Assembly: GCA_031422615.1 (NCBI GenBank)
Contig: JANPMB010000033.1
Span: 5,561 to 69,560, forward strand
DNA from: Amoebophilaceae bacterium
GTDB taxonomy: Bacteria > Bacteroidota > Bacteroidia > Cytophagales > Amoebophilaceae
Length of the DNA stretch: 64,000 nt
Reading direction: 5' to 3'
The notes below the pieces were generated by a model. That model searched no databases. It was not told where the DNA came from and saw nothing but the letters and a program-made list of their open reading frames with translations. The position numbers were made by a program, and so were the translations under genes. Of the stretch, positions 41,725 to 50,690 are shown piece by piece (the stretch's first letter is position 1; each line of letters opens with the position of its first letter).

Positions 41725-43038
41725 ATGGGAATTTTAGCTATGATTGTTCAGTTTTTATTGGGCCTTTCCATCATTGTTGGGCTACACGAACTAGGGCATC
41801 TGCTCTTTGCCAAGCTTTTTGGCATGCGGGTAGAGAGCTACTCCATTGGCTTTCCGCCCAAACTTTTTCGGTTCCAATGGGGCGAAACTGAGTACTCCGT
41901 GGGTGCCATCCCCCTAGGCGGAGCAGTCAAGATTGCAGGCATGATCGATGAATCGTTTGACACCGCCCACCTGGCCAGTGCACCACAGCCTTGGGAGTTC
42001 CGGGCCAAACCTGCTTGGCAACGACTGGTGGTCATATTGGGAGGAATTTTCTTCAACATGATCAGTGGCATCCTCATTTACACAATCCTCACCTTTTCAC
42101 TGGGCGATGTATATCTACCTAAAAAAGAGGTCAACCAACATGGTATTGTGCCTAATGCTATAGGCGGCAGCTTGGGCTTTCAAGAAGGAGACCAAATCAT
42201 CAGCATCAGTGGCCGAGACTTCGAAAAGTTTGCTGACGTGCTGAAGCCCTATACCCTACTGGCAGCAAATAGCTACTACACGGTGCTACGCAAGGGCCAA
42301 ATGGTACGCATCGATATTCCAGCTGACTTGATAGAAAGGCTGTCAGACCTCAAAGGACAAGGAGATTTTGTGACCCCTAGGGCACCTTTTACAGTAGGGA
42401 AAGTGCAACAGCAAAGTGGTGCCGCCAAGGCTGGGCTACAGCCCGGCGATCAGATTATTAAAGTAGCCGGAAGGACTACGACCTACTTTCACCAACTCAA
42501 AGAAACACTAGAAGAAAACGCAGGGAAGCAAGTCCTCATCCACTTTGTGAGAGCAGGAGTAACACAGACTACTACAGCCGAAGTAAGTGAAGCAGGAAAA
42601 CTAGGGTTTCAGCCCAAGATACTCCTTGCGTACGAAAAAAGAAGCTACAGTGTGGGCCAATCTATTGCTGTAGGCACCTCGAGGGCTTTTGAGGCAATGA
42701 GGACCAATGTAGTGGCCTTGGGCAAGGTGCTTACTGGACAGCTGTCGCCAGCTAAGTCCCTCAGTGGCCCCATTGGTATTGCCCAGGTATTTGGCAAAAG
42801 CTTTGATTGGATCCAATTTTGGAATATTACAGGATTTTTGTCCCTGGCCTTGGCCTTTACTAATCTCTTGCCTATTCCTGCCTTAGATGGAGGACATACT
42901 GTGTGGATTGTGTATGAAATAGTCACAGGCCGGCGACTCTCAGATAAATTCTTGGGAATTGCACAAAAGATTGGGATGGGTATCTTGCTCTTCTTGATTG
43001 GCTACGCTGTTGTTAATGACCTGTATAAGCTACTTTAG
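41725..43038 (+). CDS. rseP: RIP metalloprotease RseP (site-2 protease, M50) with PDZ domains
   Basis: It carries HELGH near the N-terminus and the C-terminal NLLPIPALDGGH. Confidence 0.9.
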   Translation: MGILAMIVQFLLGLSIIVGLHELGHLLFAKLFGMRVESYSIGFPPKLFRFQWGETEYSVGAIPLGGAVKIAGMIDESFDTAHLASAPQPWEFRAKPAWQRLVVILGGIFFNMISGILIYTILTFSLGDVYLPKKEVNQHGIVPNAIGGSLGFQEGDQIISISGRDFEKFADVLKPYTLLAANSYYTVLRKGQMVRIDIPADLIERLSDLKGQGDFVTPRAPFTVGKVQQQSGAAKAGLQPGDQIIKVAGRTTTYFHQLKETLEENAGKQVLIHFVRAGVTQTTTAEVSEAGKLGFQPKILLAYEKRSYSVGQSIAVGTSRAFEAMRTNVVALGKVLTGQLSPAKSLSGPIGIAQVFGKSFDWIQFWNITGFLSLALAFTNLLPIPALDGGHTVWIVYEIVTGRRLSDKFLGIAQKIGMGILLFLIGYAVVNDLYKLL

Positions 43039-43110
43039 ACCTTGCGCTGCTAGTTTCCCCTGAAAAAGGTGAGTCCTACCAGAAAGTATTGGTGCTTCTT
43101 CCATGTGTCT

Positions 43111-43326
43111 CCTGCCGAGGGCATGACTTTTTGTCTACCCCACAGAAAGGCACCGCTGCGGAAACGGAGCGACCATGGCTTGCTTGCCCGGAGGCAGACC
43201 TTGGTTATGCGTGGCATTTGATTTGAGATAAGATAACCCTGCGCGGAGGCTTGTACTCAATGACTGCAACAGCAGCTGATTTTTTGCCTATTTTTTACAT
43301 TCAAGATAAAAAGCAGGGCCTCGCCA
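43111..43326. repeat. Dispersed repeat copy B (short form) of the element at 38121..38524
   Basis: See copy A. Both copies begin 20-75 nt after the stop codon of a plus-strand gene (prmC, rseP). Confidence 0.5.
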
Positions 43327-43614
43327 GTGAGGCAAATGGACGGCACAGAGGGTTGTTGAAGGGCAACCATTTAGAGGGGCTCTGAATAGATCTGTCTGGT
43401 CTTGGTTGGAGTCTTTGCCTAACAGGCTAGGCTATCTTTTTCTACAAATTTTTGGGCACGAATTAACTATTTCTTGCAATCTTTGTCGTGCTCTTATGCG
43501 CTATTTATCGACGGTAAAGGTTGCTATAGCAAGGCTTAACCGCGGTTTTCTCGCTACTTAGAGGCCAGCTACGCTAGGCTCATAAACACCTACCAAACAC
43601 AGCAAAGTTTACTT

Positions 43615-43630
43615 TGGCATACCAATTGCA
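43615..43630 (+). promoter_or_regulatory. Candidate sigma-54 (-24/-12) promoter upstream of lon
   Basis: TGGCAT-ACCAA-TTGCA has the canonical GG-N10-GC spacing and sits 44 nt upstream of ATG 43674. Caveat: the overlapping TACTTTGG could instead be a degenerate Bacteroidota -7 box. Confidence 0.35.
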
Positions 43631-43673
43631 CATATAGCGTTCATGCAGTTGGCCTGCTATCATCCCCTAACTT

Positions 43674-46181
43674 TTGATACGCATGTATTTTCAAAAACCT
43701 CCCTCTTTCAACAGTTCACTGCTCTCAGGCCTTCCCAAAGAAGGGGCTCAAGAGATGATACAGTTGGTTGTAACAGAAGAGGACAGCAAAGAAGCAGAAC
43801 AAGCGACCCCAGATACCCTGCCTTTATTGCCACTCAAACAAATGGTCTTGTTTCCGGGCTTGATTATTCCCCTGACATTACGGCACCAAAAACTCATCCA
43901 ACTTGTCAAGAAGGTACACCAGACAGATAGCCCACTGGGCATCGTGGCCCAAAAACATGCGCATGTAGAAGATCCTGGGACCAAAGACATTTTTCGGGTT
44001 GGCACCATGGCCAAGGTACTGAAGGTCATTGTCTTTCCTGATGGCAACACCACCATCATTTTACAAGGCAGGCAGCGCTTTAAGATAGAGGCCATGCTGG
44101 CAGAAGCCCCTCACCTGCTGGCCCAGGTACATCTCCTAAAAAACAGAGCTTTTAATACCAAGACGAAAGAGGCCAAGGCCCTGATGCATTCCCTCAAAGA
44201 GGTGGCAGGAAATATCTTAAGCCTGAGCCCAGAAGTACCGCCCGAAGTACAGGTAGTCTTGAACAATATCAAAGACCCGGACTTTCTTACCTACTTCTTG
44301 TCTGCTAATATCAATGTGGAAGTCGCTCAGAAACAGCAGCTACTGGAAATCAACGACAGCGGCAACCGGGCAACCTTGCTGCTGGAGTATCTACTCAAGG
44401 ACCTGGAGTTTACACAACTCAAAAGAGAAATTCAGAACAAAGTACATACAGACATTGACCAGCAACAACGCGATCAGTACCTCAGACATCAGATTAGGGT
44501 GCTGCAAGAAGAACTGGGTGATAGTGAAGTAGAAGAGCTAGAAGAACTGCGGACCCAGGGTAAAAAAAAGAAGTGGCCTGAGGAAGTAGCTACTTTCTTT
44601 GACAAAGCCCTGGACAAAGCCGAGCGGCTCAGTCCACACAACCCAGACTACCCCACCCTGATCAACCATGCTGAACTGTTGTTAGCATTGCCCTGGGGTA
44701 CATTTACCAAAGATAATTTGAACTTGAAGCAAGCAACAAAGACCTTAAATAAAGACCATTTTGGGCTAGATAAGGTCAAGGAAAGAATATTAGAATACCT
44801 GGCTGTGCTGCAACTCAAGCAAGACATGAAAGGCCCTATTTTGTGTCTGTATGGCCCTCCAGGCGTGGGCAAAACTTCTTTGTGCAAATCCATTGCCCAA
44901 GCATTGAACAGGAAATATGTAAGGATATCGCTAGGCGGCTTGAACGATGAAGCAGAGATCAGAGGGCATAGAAAGACCTACATCGGGGCAATGCCTGGCA
45001 AGATTATCCAGTACATCAAAAAGAGCCAAGCTTCTAATCCCATCTTTGTGCTCGACGAGATTGACAAAATCAGTGGCACGCGCGGTGACCCAGCAGCAGC
45101 TTTACTAGAAGTGCTAGATCCTGAGCAAAATGATGCGTTTGTGGATAACTTTTTGGAGGTCCCTTACGACCTATCCAAAGTCTTGTTCATTGCTACAGCC
45201 AACACATTAGATACCATTCCTCCAGCACTAAACGACAGAATGGAAATCATTGAACTGAATGGCTATACGGTAGAGGAAAAAGTAGAGATTGCGAAAAAGC
45301 ACTTGTTTCCCAAACAACGCAGGGCCCACGGCCTCAAGGCCAACGATGTAAGCATTGATGACAATGCCATTGCTACGCTCATTGAAGATTATACCCGGGA
45401 GTCGGGCGTCAGAGAATTAGAACGCAAGCTAGGGAGTGTGCTCAGAAAAGTGGCCAAGGCAGTGGCTGCAGGAGAAGGTTATACAAAAAGGATTAAAAAG
45501 AGTGACCTTGCCCGACTTTTAGGTGCGGCACCATTCGATCGGGAAATTTATCAACACAATGCGTTGCCCGGGGTGGCTATTGGACTAGCCTGGACACCTG
45601 TAGGGGGTGAAATTCTCTTTATTGAGGCCAGTTTGAACAGGGGAAAAGGAAAACTGACGCTCTCGGGACAACTGGGAGAAGTGATGAAAGAATCTGCTGT
45701 GACAGCCTTGTCTTACCTCAAGGCACATGCGGATACCCTAAACATTGATAGCCGTACCTTTGATCAGTATGATTTGCATGTGCATGTGCCTGCAGGAGCT
45801 GTGCCTAAAGACGGTCCTTCAGCAGGCATTACCCTGCTCACAGCACTGGCCTCACTCTATACCCAACGTAGGGTAAGAGATAGGCTAGCCATGACTGGAG
45901 AGATTACTTTGCGGGGCAATGTGCTGCCAGTAGGGGGTATTAAAGAAAAAATTTTAGCAGCCAAGCGGGTGGGTATCCAAGAGATCATCCTGAGCACGAA
46001 GAATAAAAAAGATATTCAAGAAATCCATCCACGCTACATACAAAATCTATCCTTACACTATGTAGACCATGTGGAGGAGGTACTGCAGCAAGCGCTCCAC
46101 CCCCAGAAAGTTGAAAATGCACAGACCTGGCAGCTGGTTAAGGAAACAGCTCACCAACATGCTGCCCATCTTAATGATTAA
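43674..46181 (+). CDS. lon: ATP-dependent protease Lon (LonA)
   Basis: It has the N-terminal [14 protein letters not shown], Walker [10 protein letters not shown] and protease Ser PKDGPSAG. Alternative starts are at 43683 and 43755. Confidence 0.95.
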   Translation: MIRMYFQKPPSFNSSLLSGLPKEGAQEMIQLVVTEEDSKEAEQATPDTLPLLPLKQMVLFPGLIIPLTLRHQKLIQLVKKVHQTDSPLGIVAQKHAHVEDPGTKDIFRVGTMAKVLKVIVFPDGNTTIILQGRQRFKIEAMLAEAPHLLAQVHLLKNRAFNTKTKEAKALMHSLKEVAGNILSLSPEVPPEVQVVLNNIKDPDFLTYFLSANINVEVAQKQQLLEINDSGNRATLLLEYLLKDLEFTQLKREIQNKVHTDIDQQQRDQYLRHQIRVLQEELGDSEVEELEELRTQGKKKKWPEEVATFFDKALDKAERLSPHNPDYPTLINHAELLLALPWGTFTKDNLNLKQATKTLNKDHFGLDKVKERILEYLAVLQLKQDMKGPILCLYGPPGVGKTSLCKSIAQALNRKYVRISLGGLNDEAEIRGHRKTYIGAMPGKIIQYIKKSQASNPIFVLDEIDKISGTRGDPAAALLEVLDPEQNDAFVDNFLEVPYDLSKVLFIATANTLDTIPPALNDRMEIIELNGYTVEEKVEIAKKHLFPKQRRAHGLKANDVSIDDNAIATLIEDYTRESGVRELERKLGSVLRKVAKAVAAGEGYTKRIKKSDLARLLGAAPFDREIYQHNALPGVAIGLAWTPVGGEILFIEASLNRGKGKLTLSGQLGEVMKESAVTALSYLKAHADTLNIDSRTFDQYDLHVHVPAGAVPKDGPSAGITLLTALASLYTQRRVRDRLAMTGEITLRGNVLPVGGIKEKILAAKRVGIQEIILSTKNKKDIQEIHPRYIQNLSLHYVDHVEEVLQQALHPQKVENAQTWQLVKETAHQHAAHLND

Positions 46182-46208
46182 TGATGCATTAACACGCACA
46201 CCATACGT

Positions 46209-47597
46209 ATGCTAACAGAAAAAAAATACCTGACCCCCCGAGAGATTGTACAAGCCCTAGACAAGTACATTGTTGGGCAGCAGGCAGCCAAGCGCAATAT
46301 AGCCATTGCTTTGCGGAACCGCTGGAGACGAATGCACGTCTCACCTGCCATACAAGGGGATATTACCCCCAACAACATTTTGATGATTGGTGCCACTGGT
46401 GTAGGTAAGACAGAGATTGCTAGACGACTGGCAAAACTAGCAGACGCACCTTTTGTCAAGGTAGAAGCCTCTAAATTCACAGAAGTGGGCTACGTGGGCC
46501 GTGATGTAGAGAGCATGGTCAGAGACTTGGTAGAGCAAGCTGTCAACATGGTCAAAACAGCCAAAGAGGAAGCAGTCAAAGAAAAAGCAGCCCAGCTCGT
46601 AGAAGACTTGATTCTAGATGCACTCATACCGCCTGTTGCCCAGCCCAGCAAGACTAGCAGAGACACGACCAGCATGCCAGCCGAACAGGAACCCAGCGAC
46701 TTGAACCAAAAAACGAGAGAACGCTTTAGAGCCAAGATTAGAAACGGAGAACTAGACGATAGAAAAATTGAGGTCACAGTTAGCAAGCCTGGTAGTATGG
46801 GCGTGGGCATGATTGGTGGAGGCATGATGGATGAAACTTCGATGATTAATCTGCAAGACATGCTCAGCAACATGCTCCCCAAGAAGACACGAAAAAAAAA
46901 GCTAACGATTGGAGAAGCTAAAAAAATACTCCTGGTAGAGGAAGCGGCCAAACTCATTGACATGGATGCAGTCAAAGAAGAAGCGCTAGAGAAAGCCCGC
47001 AACACAGGCATCATTTTTATTGACGAAATCGACAAAATAGCGGTCAGAGCTGGCCAAGGAGGTGGCCCAGACGTGAGCCGAGAAGGGGTACAACGAGATT
47101 TATTGCCCATTGTAGAAGGCAGTGCTGTCAATACCAAATACGGAACCGTCCATACTGACCATATTTTGTTCGTTGCTGCGGGGGCTTTTCATGTCTCCAA
47201 GCCTTCTGACCTAATTCCCGAACTACAAGGCCGGTTTCCCATTCGTGTGGAGCTAGACAACCTGACCCAAGCAGACTTCGTCAGCATTTTGCAAGAGCCC
47301 AAAAACGCCCTGACAACACAATACAAAGCACTATTTGAAGCAGAGGGGGTGGAAGTAACTTTTGAAGCCGCAGCCATAGAAGAGATAGCTGCCATGGCTT
47401 ATCAGATCAACACAGAGGTGGAAAACATTGGGGCAAGAAGACTCCATACGGTGATGAGCCACCTGCTCAACGATTTTTTGTTTGATGTGCCAGACAAGAT
47501 CAAGCCCCACGAGAAGATTAAGATTACAAAAGCTTTGGTAACAACCTGCCTGGAAAATTTGGCCCACAGGAAAGACTTGAGTGAGTATATTCTGTGA
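46209..47597 (+). CDS. hslU: ATP-dependent protease ATPase subunit HslU
   Basis: It carries LTPREIVQALDKYIVGQQAAKR, GATGVGKTEIARRLA and IFIDEIDKI. It starts 27 nt after lon. Confidence 0.95.
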   Translation: MLTEKKYLTPREIVQALDKYIVGQQAAKRNIAIALRNRWRRMHVSPAIQGDITPNNILMIGATGVGKTEIARRLAKLADAPFVKVEASKFTEVGYVGRDVESMVRDLVEQAVNMVKTAKEEAVKEKAAQLVEDLILDALIPPVAQPSKTSRDTTSMPAEQEPSDLNQKTRERFRAKIRNGELDDRKIEVTVSKPGSMGVGMIGGGMMDETSMINLQDMLSNMLPKKTRKKKLTIGEAKKILLVEEAAKLIDMDAVKEEALEKARNTGIIFIDEIDKIAVRAGQGGGPDVSREGVQRDLLPIVEGSAVNTKYGTVHTDHILFVAAGAFHVSKPSDLIPELQGRFPIRVELDNLTQADFVSILQEPKNALTTQYKALFEAEGVEVTFEAAAIEEIAAMAYQINTEVENIGARRLHTVMSHLLNDFLFDVPDKIKPHEKIKITKALVTTCLENLAHRKDLSEYIL

Positions 47598-47670
47598 TCC
47601 TTGTGTATTGCGTTTTTGACGCAACACCATGGTCCTGCCCAACAAATTTTAAGCACCGACCAACCCATCG

Positions 47671-48156
47671 ATGACGCTGCTCTATGCACTCTTGGCAGGA
47701 CTAGTGGTAGCTGCAGCCTCGCTCATCCTGCTCACGCCACACGTACTCTATGCAGCCCTGGGGCTCTTGTGCGTATTCCTGGGCATGGCTGCCATCTATT
47801 TTTTGCAGGGAGCGGCCTTTGTAGCTGTTGCGCATGTAATCGTATATGGAGGTGGTGTGTTGGTGCTAGTCCTGTTTAGCACCCTGCTGCTACCCCTAGG
47901 CACCAAGCCAACTGCCCAGCGCCCTAGGTGGATACTTGGGGGCTTGGTAGTAGGGCTATTAGGGGGGTGCCTGTGGCCCCTAGTGCAATTTTCTGTGCAT
48001 ACCTTGCTGCTGCAAGGTCATGTCCATTCCCTGCAAGAAGACGCTGTTACGGGGTTAGGGTTACAACTTTTGGGGCCTTATCTCTTGACTTTTGAGTGGG
48101 TAGGTATTAGCCTGCTCACCGTGCTGGTGGGAGTCGCTTATATCATGAAGAAATAA
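47671..48156 (+). CDS. nuoJ: NADH-quinone oxidoreductase subunit J (orphan copy)
   Basis: A 161-aa ORF with 5 TM segments carrying LLCVFLGMAAIYFLQGAAFVAVAHVIVYGGGVLVLVLF, which is typical of NuoJ/ND6. Confidence 0.8.
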   Translation: MTLLYALLAGLVVAAASLILLTPHVLYAALGLLCVFLGMAAIYFLQGAAFVAVAHVIVYGGGVLVLVLFSTLLLPLGTKPTAQRPRWILGGLVVGLLGGCLWPLVQFSVHTLLLQGHVHSLQEDAVTGLGLQLLGPYLLTFEWVGISLLTVLVGVAYIMKK

Positions 48157-48346
48157 TAGCCCTAACACCCAGAACAGCCGAGTAGCAAGAAAATATGACA
48201 ACTACCTTGCATTATTCATAATAATTTCTTTAGACTTGTGATTGTGTTTTTAAAGGTAGGCGTCTTCGGGAGTTTGGGCCCTTTCTGCCCACCCCGCCTA
48301 CTTCTGGGTATTGATCTAAATCTAAAATAATCTAACGGGTATCACT

Positions 48347-48862
48347 ATGTACAAGCATTTAATAATTTCCTTACTACTCACTGGGAGTCTTTTCTTCGTG
48401 TCTGCTTGCAGTCGGAGTACTCCTCAAAATAATGATGTAAAAACACCAGCAACAGCAGGTGCATCGGCAGCAGCAGCAGCAACAGCACCAGCACCAGCAA
48501 CAGAAGTACCAACAGTACCAACAGCAGCAGCAGTACCAACAGTACCACCAGCAGCAGCAGCAAAAGCACCAGCAACAGAAGTACCAACAGTACCAACAGC
48601 AGCAGAAGTACCAACAGTACCACCAGCAACAGAAGTACCAACAGTACCAACAGCAGCAGAAGTACCAACAGTACCACCAGCAGCAGAAGTACCAACAGTA
48701 CCACCAGCAGCAGCAGCAGCAGCAGCAAAAGCACCAGCAACAGAAGTACCAACAGTACCAACAGCAGCAGATGCACCAGCACCAGCACCAGCAGCAGAAG
48801 AGGAAGCAGCAGCAAAAGCAAAAGCAGCAGCAAAAGAAAAGGAGAATAAGGTAAAAAAATAG
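48347..48862 (+). CDS. Repeat-rich Ala/Pro/Thr/Val lipoprotein (no globular-looking domain)
   Basis: The signal peptide and lipobox are MYKHLIISLLLTGSLFFVSA|C. The mature chain has 8 copies of VPTVP and an Ala/Glu/Lys tail ending KVKK. A strong hairpin terminator follows. Confidence 0.7.
   Translation: MYKHLIISLLLTGSLFFVSACSRSTPQNNDVKTPATAGASAAAAATAPAPATEVPTVPTAAAVPTVPPAAAAKAPATEVPTVPTAAEVPTVPPATEVPTVPTAAEVPTVPPAAEVPTVPPAAAAAAAKAPATEVPTVPTAADAPAPAPAAEEEAAAKAKAAAKEKENKVKK
48497..48769 (+). repeat. In-frame tandem repeats (24-27-nt units, core GAAGTACCAACAGTACCA)
   Basis: Read directly. The codons are almost only GCA/CCA/ACA/GTA/GAA. Confidence 0.9.
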
Positions 48863-48888
48863 TCGTTAGATCACAGACTTAATAAAAG

Positions 48889-48934
48889 GCAGAAGCACCT
48901 GGGAACTCAAAAATCCAGGTGCTTCTGCTTTGTA
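48889..48934 (+). terminator. Rho-independent terminator
   Basis: A perfect 14-bp stem GCAGAAGCACCTGG/CCAGGTGCTTCTGC with a 12-nt loop, followed by TTTGT. Confidence 0.6.
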
Positions 48935-49128
48935 TCGTAACAACTACTTCGGTACCTATGATCAAACTTTGGCTAGCTGATAGGCAAAGGACTACCACAC
49001 GCCTGTTTTCTTTCTATACCATCTGTGTAAGTATCAAGAAAATATGGCCACAGCCTGCCTAGGCAATGTATTCACCTGTGCTCGCTTGGACAAGGTTGTC
49101 TATCCCCCTTCTTGGCTATGTGTTGGTA

Positions 49129-49491
49129 CTAGTCTTGAGCAGCTTGGTTAGACGCTCCAGGCGTTGGCAGGTCTTGCTCCGTCGCATCAGGCAAGGTACC
49201 GAGCTCCTGTGCACGGTTGAGGTTAGGGCTGGAGGGAAAAGCACCTGGCTGGTCCGCTTTATTAAGGAACAAAGAAGTAGCAAGGGTAAGCACAAATAGG
49301 GTGATCACCAGCCCCCAGGTAATCTGTTCCAGCAAATCACTGGTTCTTTTAACGCCAATTAACTGACTAGCCCCTGCGTCTCCTCCAAAATAAACATTCC
49401 CTAAGCCTTCTTTTTTAGAATTTTGTACCAGCACAGCCAGAATGAGCAAGCCAGAAGTGACCAGAATGAGTACAACTAGAAAAGTAAACAT
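49129..49491 (-). CDS. secG: Preprotein translocase subunit SecG
   Basis: It carries two TM segments around MFTFLVVLILVTSGLLILAVLVQNSKKEGLG, which is the SecG signature, plus a hydrophilic C-terminal tail. Confidence 0.85.
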   Translation of the reverse strand: MFTFLVVLILVTSGLLILAVLVQNSKKEGLGNVYFGGDAGASQLIGVKRTSDLLEQITWGLVITLFVLTLATSLFLNKADQPGAFPSSPNLNRAQELGTLPDATEQDLPTPGASNQAAQD

Positions 49492-50141
49492 TAGTGTTGG
49501 CGCTTTATTTGTTCGATAAGAGAAGCGAAGTACGTCCTTTTTTCAGGGAATTTCAACATGAGCTTTTCATAAATAGCCAAAGCCCGCTGCAGCTTGCCTT
49601 GCTGCCATAGTATTTGGGCCAAGGTTTCTGTAGCCAAGTCGTCATGAAAGGCAGTACTCTGCTGGGTGAGATCAACCTGAAAATATTCATGAGGTACCGC
49701 TTGCAGTGATTGGGGCTTGAAGTCCACGTATTTTTGTAAGAAGGCTTGGATACTATCTAGCTGTGCGAGGCTTTTCTGCTTGGTGATTTTGTGTTGGGCT
49801 TTTTGCTGGATGGTGTTGATGTAGTCATGCATCAACGCATACTCCCCTGCTTTGGGTGATGCCTTTTCTTCTGGGGCTGGGGCTGAAAAAGGTGCAGTAT
49901 TCTCCAGCAAAGCTTTAAGATGATTGCGGTCTGTGGCATAAACGGCAGCGATCTGTACTGCTTGGTCTGCACTAGGCTGGTCTCGGTCGCAAGCAGCCTT
50001 GGCAAGTAATGCATAAGCCGCTTGGAAGTAAGGGTATCGTTGTAGTAGGTCTTGCAGGGCCTGCACCTCCTCGAGAGTAATTTTGTGAGGATCTTGGAAG
50101 AGCCTTAAAAGTTGTTCAGCTTGCATAAGCGGCTTGTACAA
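49491..50141 (-). CDS. Hypothetical helical (TPR-like) protein
   Basis: A 216-aa ORF whose stop overlaps the secG start (TAATG). I recall a gene in this position between lptE and secG as recurring in Bacteroidota. Confidence 0.55.
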   Translation of the reverse strand: MYKPLMQAEQLLRLFQDPHKITLEEVQALQDLLQRYPYFQAAYALLAKAACDRDQPSADQAVQIAAVYATDRNHLKALLENTAPFSAPAPEEKASPKAGEYALMHDYINTIQQKAQHKITKQKSLAQLDSIQAFLQKYVDFKPQSLQAVPHEYFQVDLTQQSTAFHDDLATETLAQILWQQGKLQRALAIYEKLMLKFPEKRTYFASLIEQIKRQH

Positions 50142-50165
50142 TCAGTATCTTAAAGACCGGAGAAC

Positions 50166-50690
50166 CTACCAGCTGGCCACAGTTTCGTTGAAAATATCTT
50201 CAACAAGTTTAGTAAAAATAGCATCGATAAGCCTGGGCTCTTCGTTGCTTCTACTTGTATTGGCAGCCGTGTCAGCATATTGCGAGAATGTTTTTTTACT
50301 AAAGGCTGATGCTTCGTCGTAAAGGTTGGTATAATCCATCTGTACTTCGATCGTGAGGCGGTCAATAGCAGCCTGGTCTCCTTTGCCCTCTTCCCCATTT
50401 ATGGTGGGTGCCATGGGTACATACTTTAATTGTTTGATAATGCCTTCCAGCTGCAGGTCCCCTGTGGTAGCTACCTGCTTCAAAGGTGTACGCTGTACCA
50501 GGTCATCACTCAATCGCTGTTGAAACTTCGCTGCCAGGTCGGGGGGGCCTAGTGTAGCGTCGGACCGAAATCTTAGGGAAAAAGTTTTCACTTCTGGTGG
50601 CAGAGAAGTGCCTGAAAATGAATAGATGCCACATCCTTGTAAGAGCAGTAAAAGGAGTGTCAAGGCAGGGCTAAGCTTGGTCCAAGTCAT
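50166..50690 (-). CDS. lptE: LPS assembly lipoprotein LptE-like
   Basis: It has the lipobox LLLLQGC followed by GIYSFSGTSLPPEVKTF. The length is 174 aa. It overlaps the upstream activator gene by 20 nt. Confidence 0.7.
   Translation of the reverse strand: MTWTKLSPALTLLLLLLQGCGIYSFSGTSLPPEVKTFSLRFRSDATLGPPDLAAKFQQRLSDDLVQRTPLKQVATTGDLQLEGIIKQLKYVPMAPTINGEEGKGDQAAIDRLTIEVQMDYTNLYDEASAFSKKTFSQYADTAANTSRSNEEPRLIDAIFTKLVEDIFNETVASW

Noticed and set aside
43455-43478. Second sigma-54-like pair, GGCAC ... TTGCA
   Set aside because: The spacing between the elements is 14 nt rather than the required 5 nt.
46178-46480. 100-aa minus-strand ORF bridging the lon/hslU junction
   Set aside because: It overlaps the conserved N-terminus of HslU in antisense and has no recognisable motif. 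It is not an hslV candidate: wrong strand, and no N-terminal Thr protease signature.
48497-48769. Possible CRISPR-like array because of regular short repeats
   Set aside because: The repeats are contiguous and in frame, have no unique spacers, and lie inside a lipoprotein ORF. No cas genes are present.
48378-48854. 151-aa poly-Leu (minus) and 131-aa poly-Gln/His (plus) ORFs
   Set aside because: These are alternative frames of the GCA/CCA/ACA repeat. Only the frame starting at 48347 has a signal peptide, a lipobox and a terminator.
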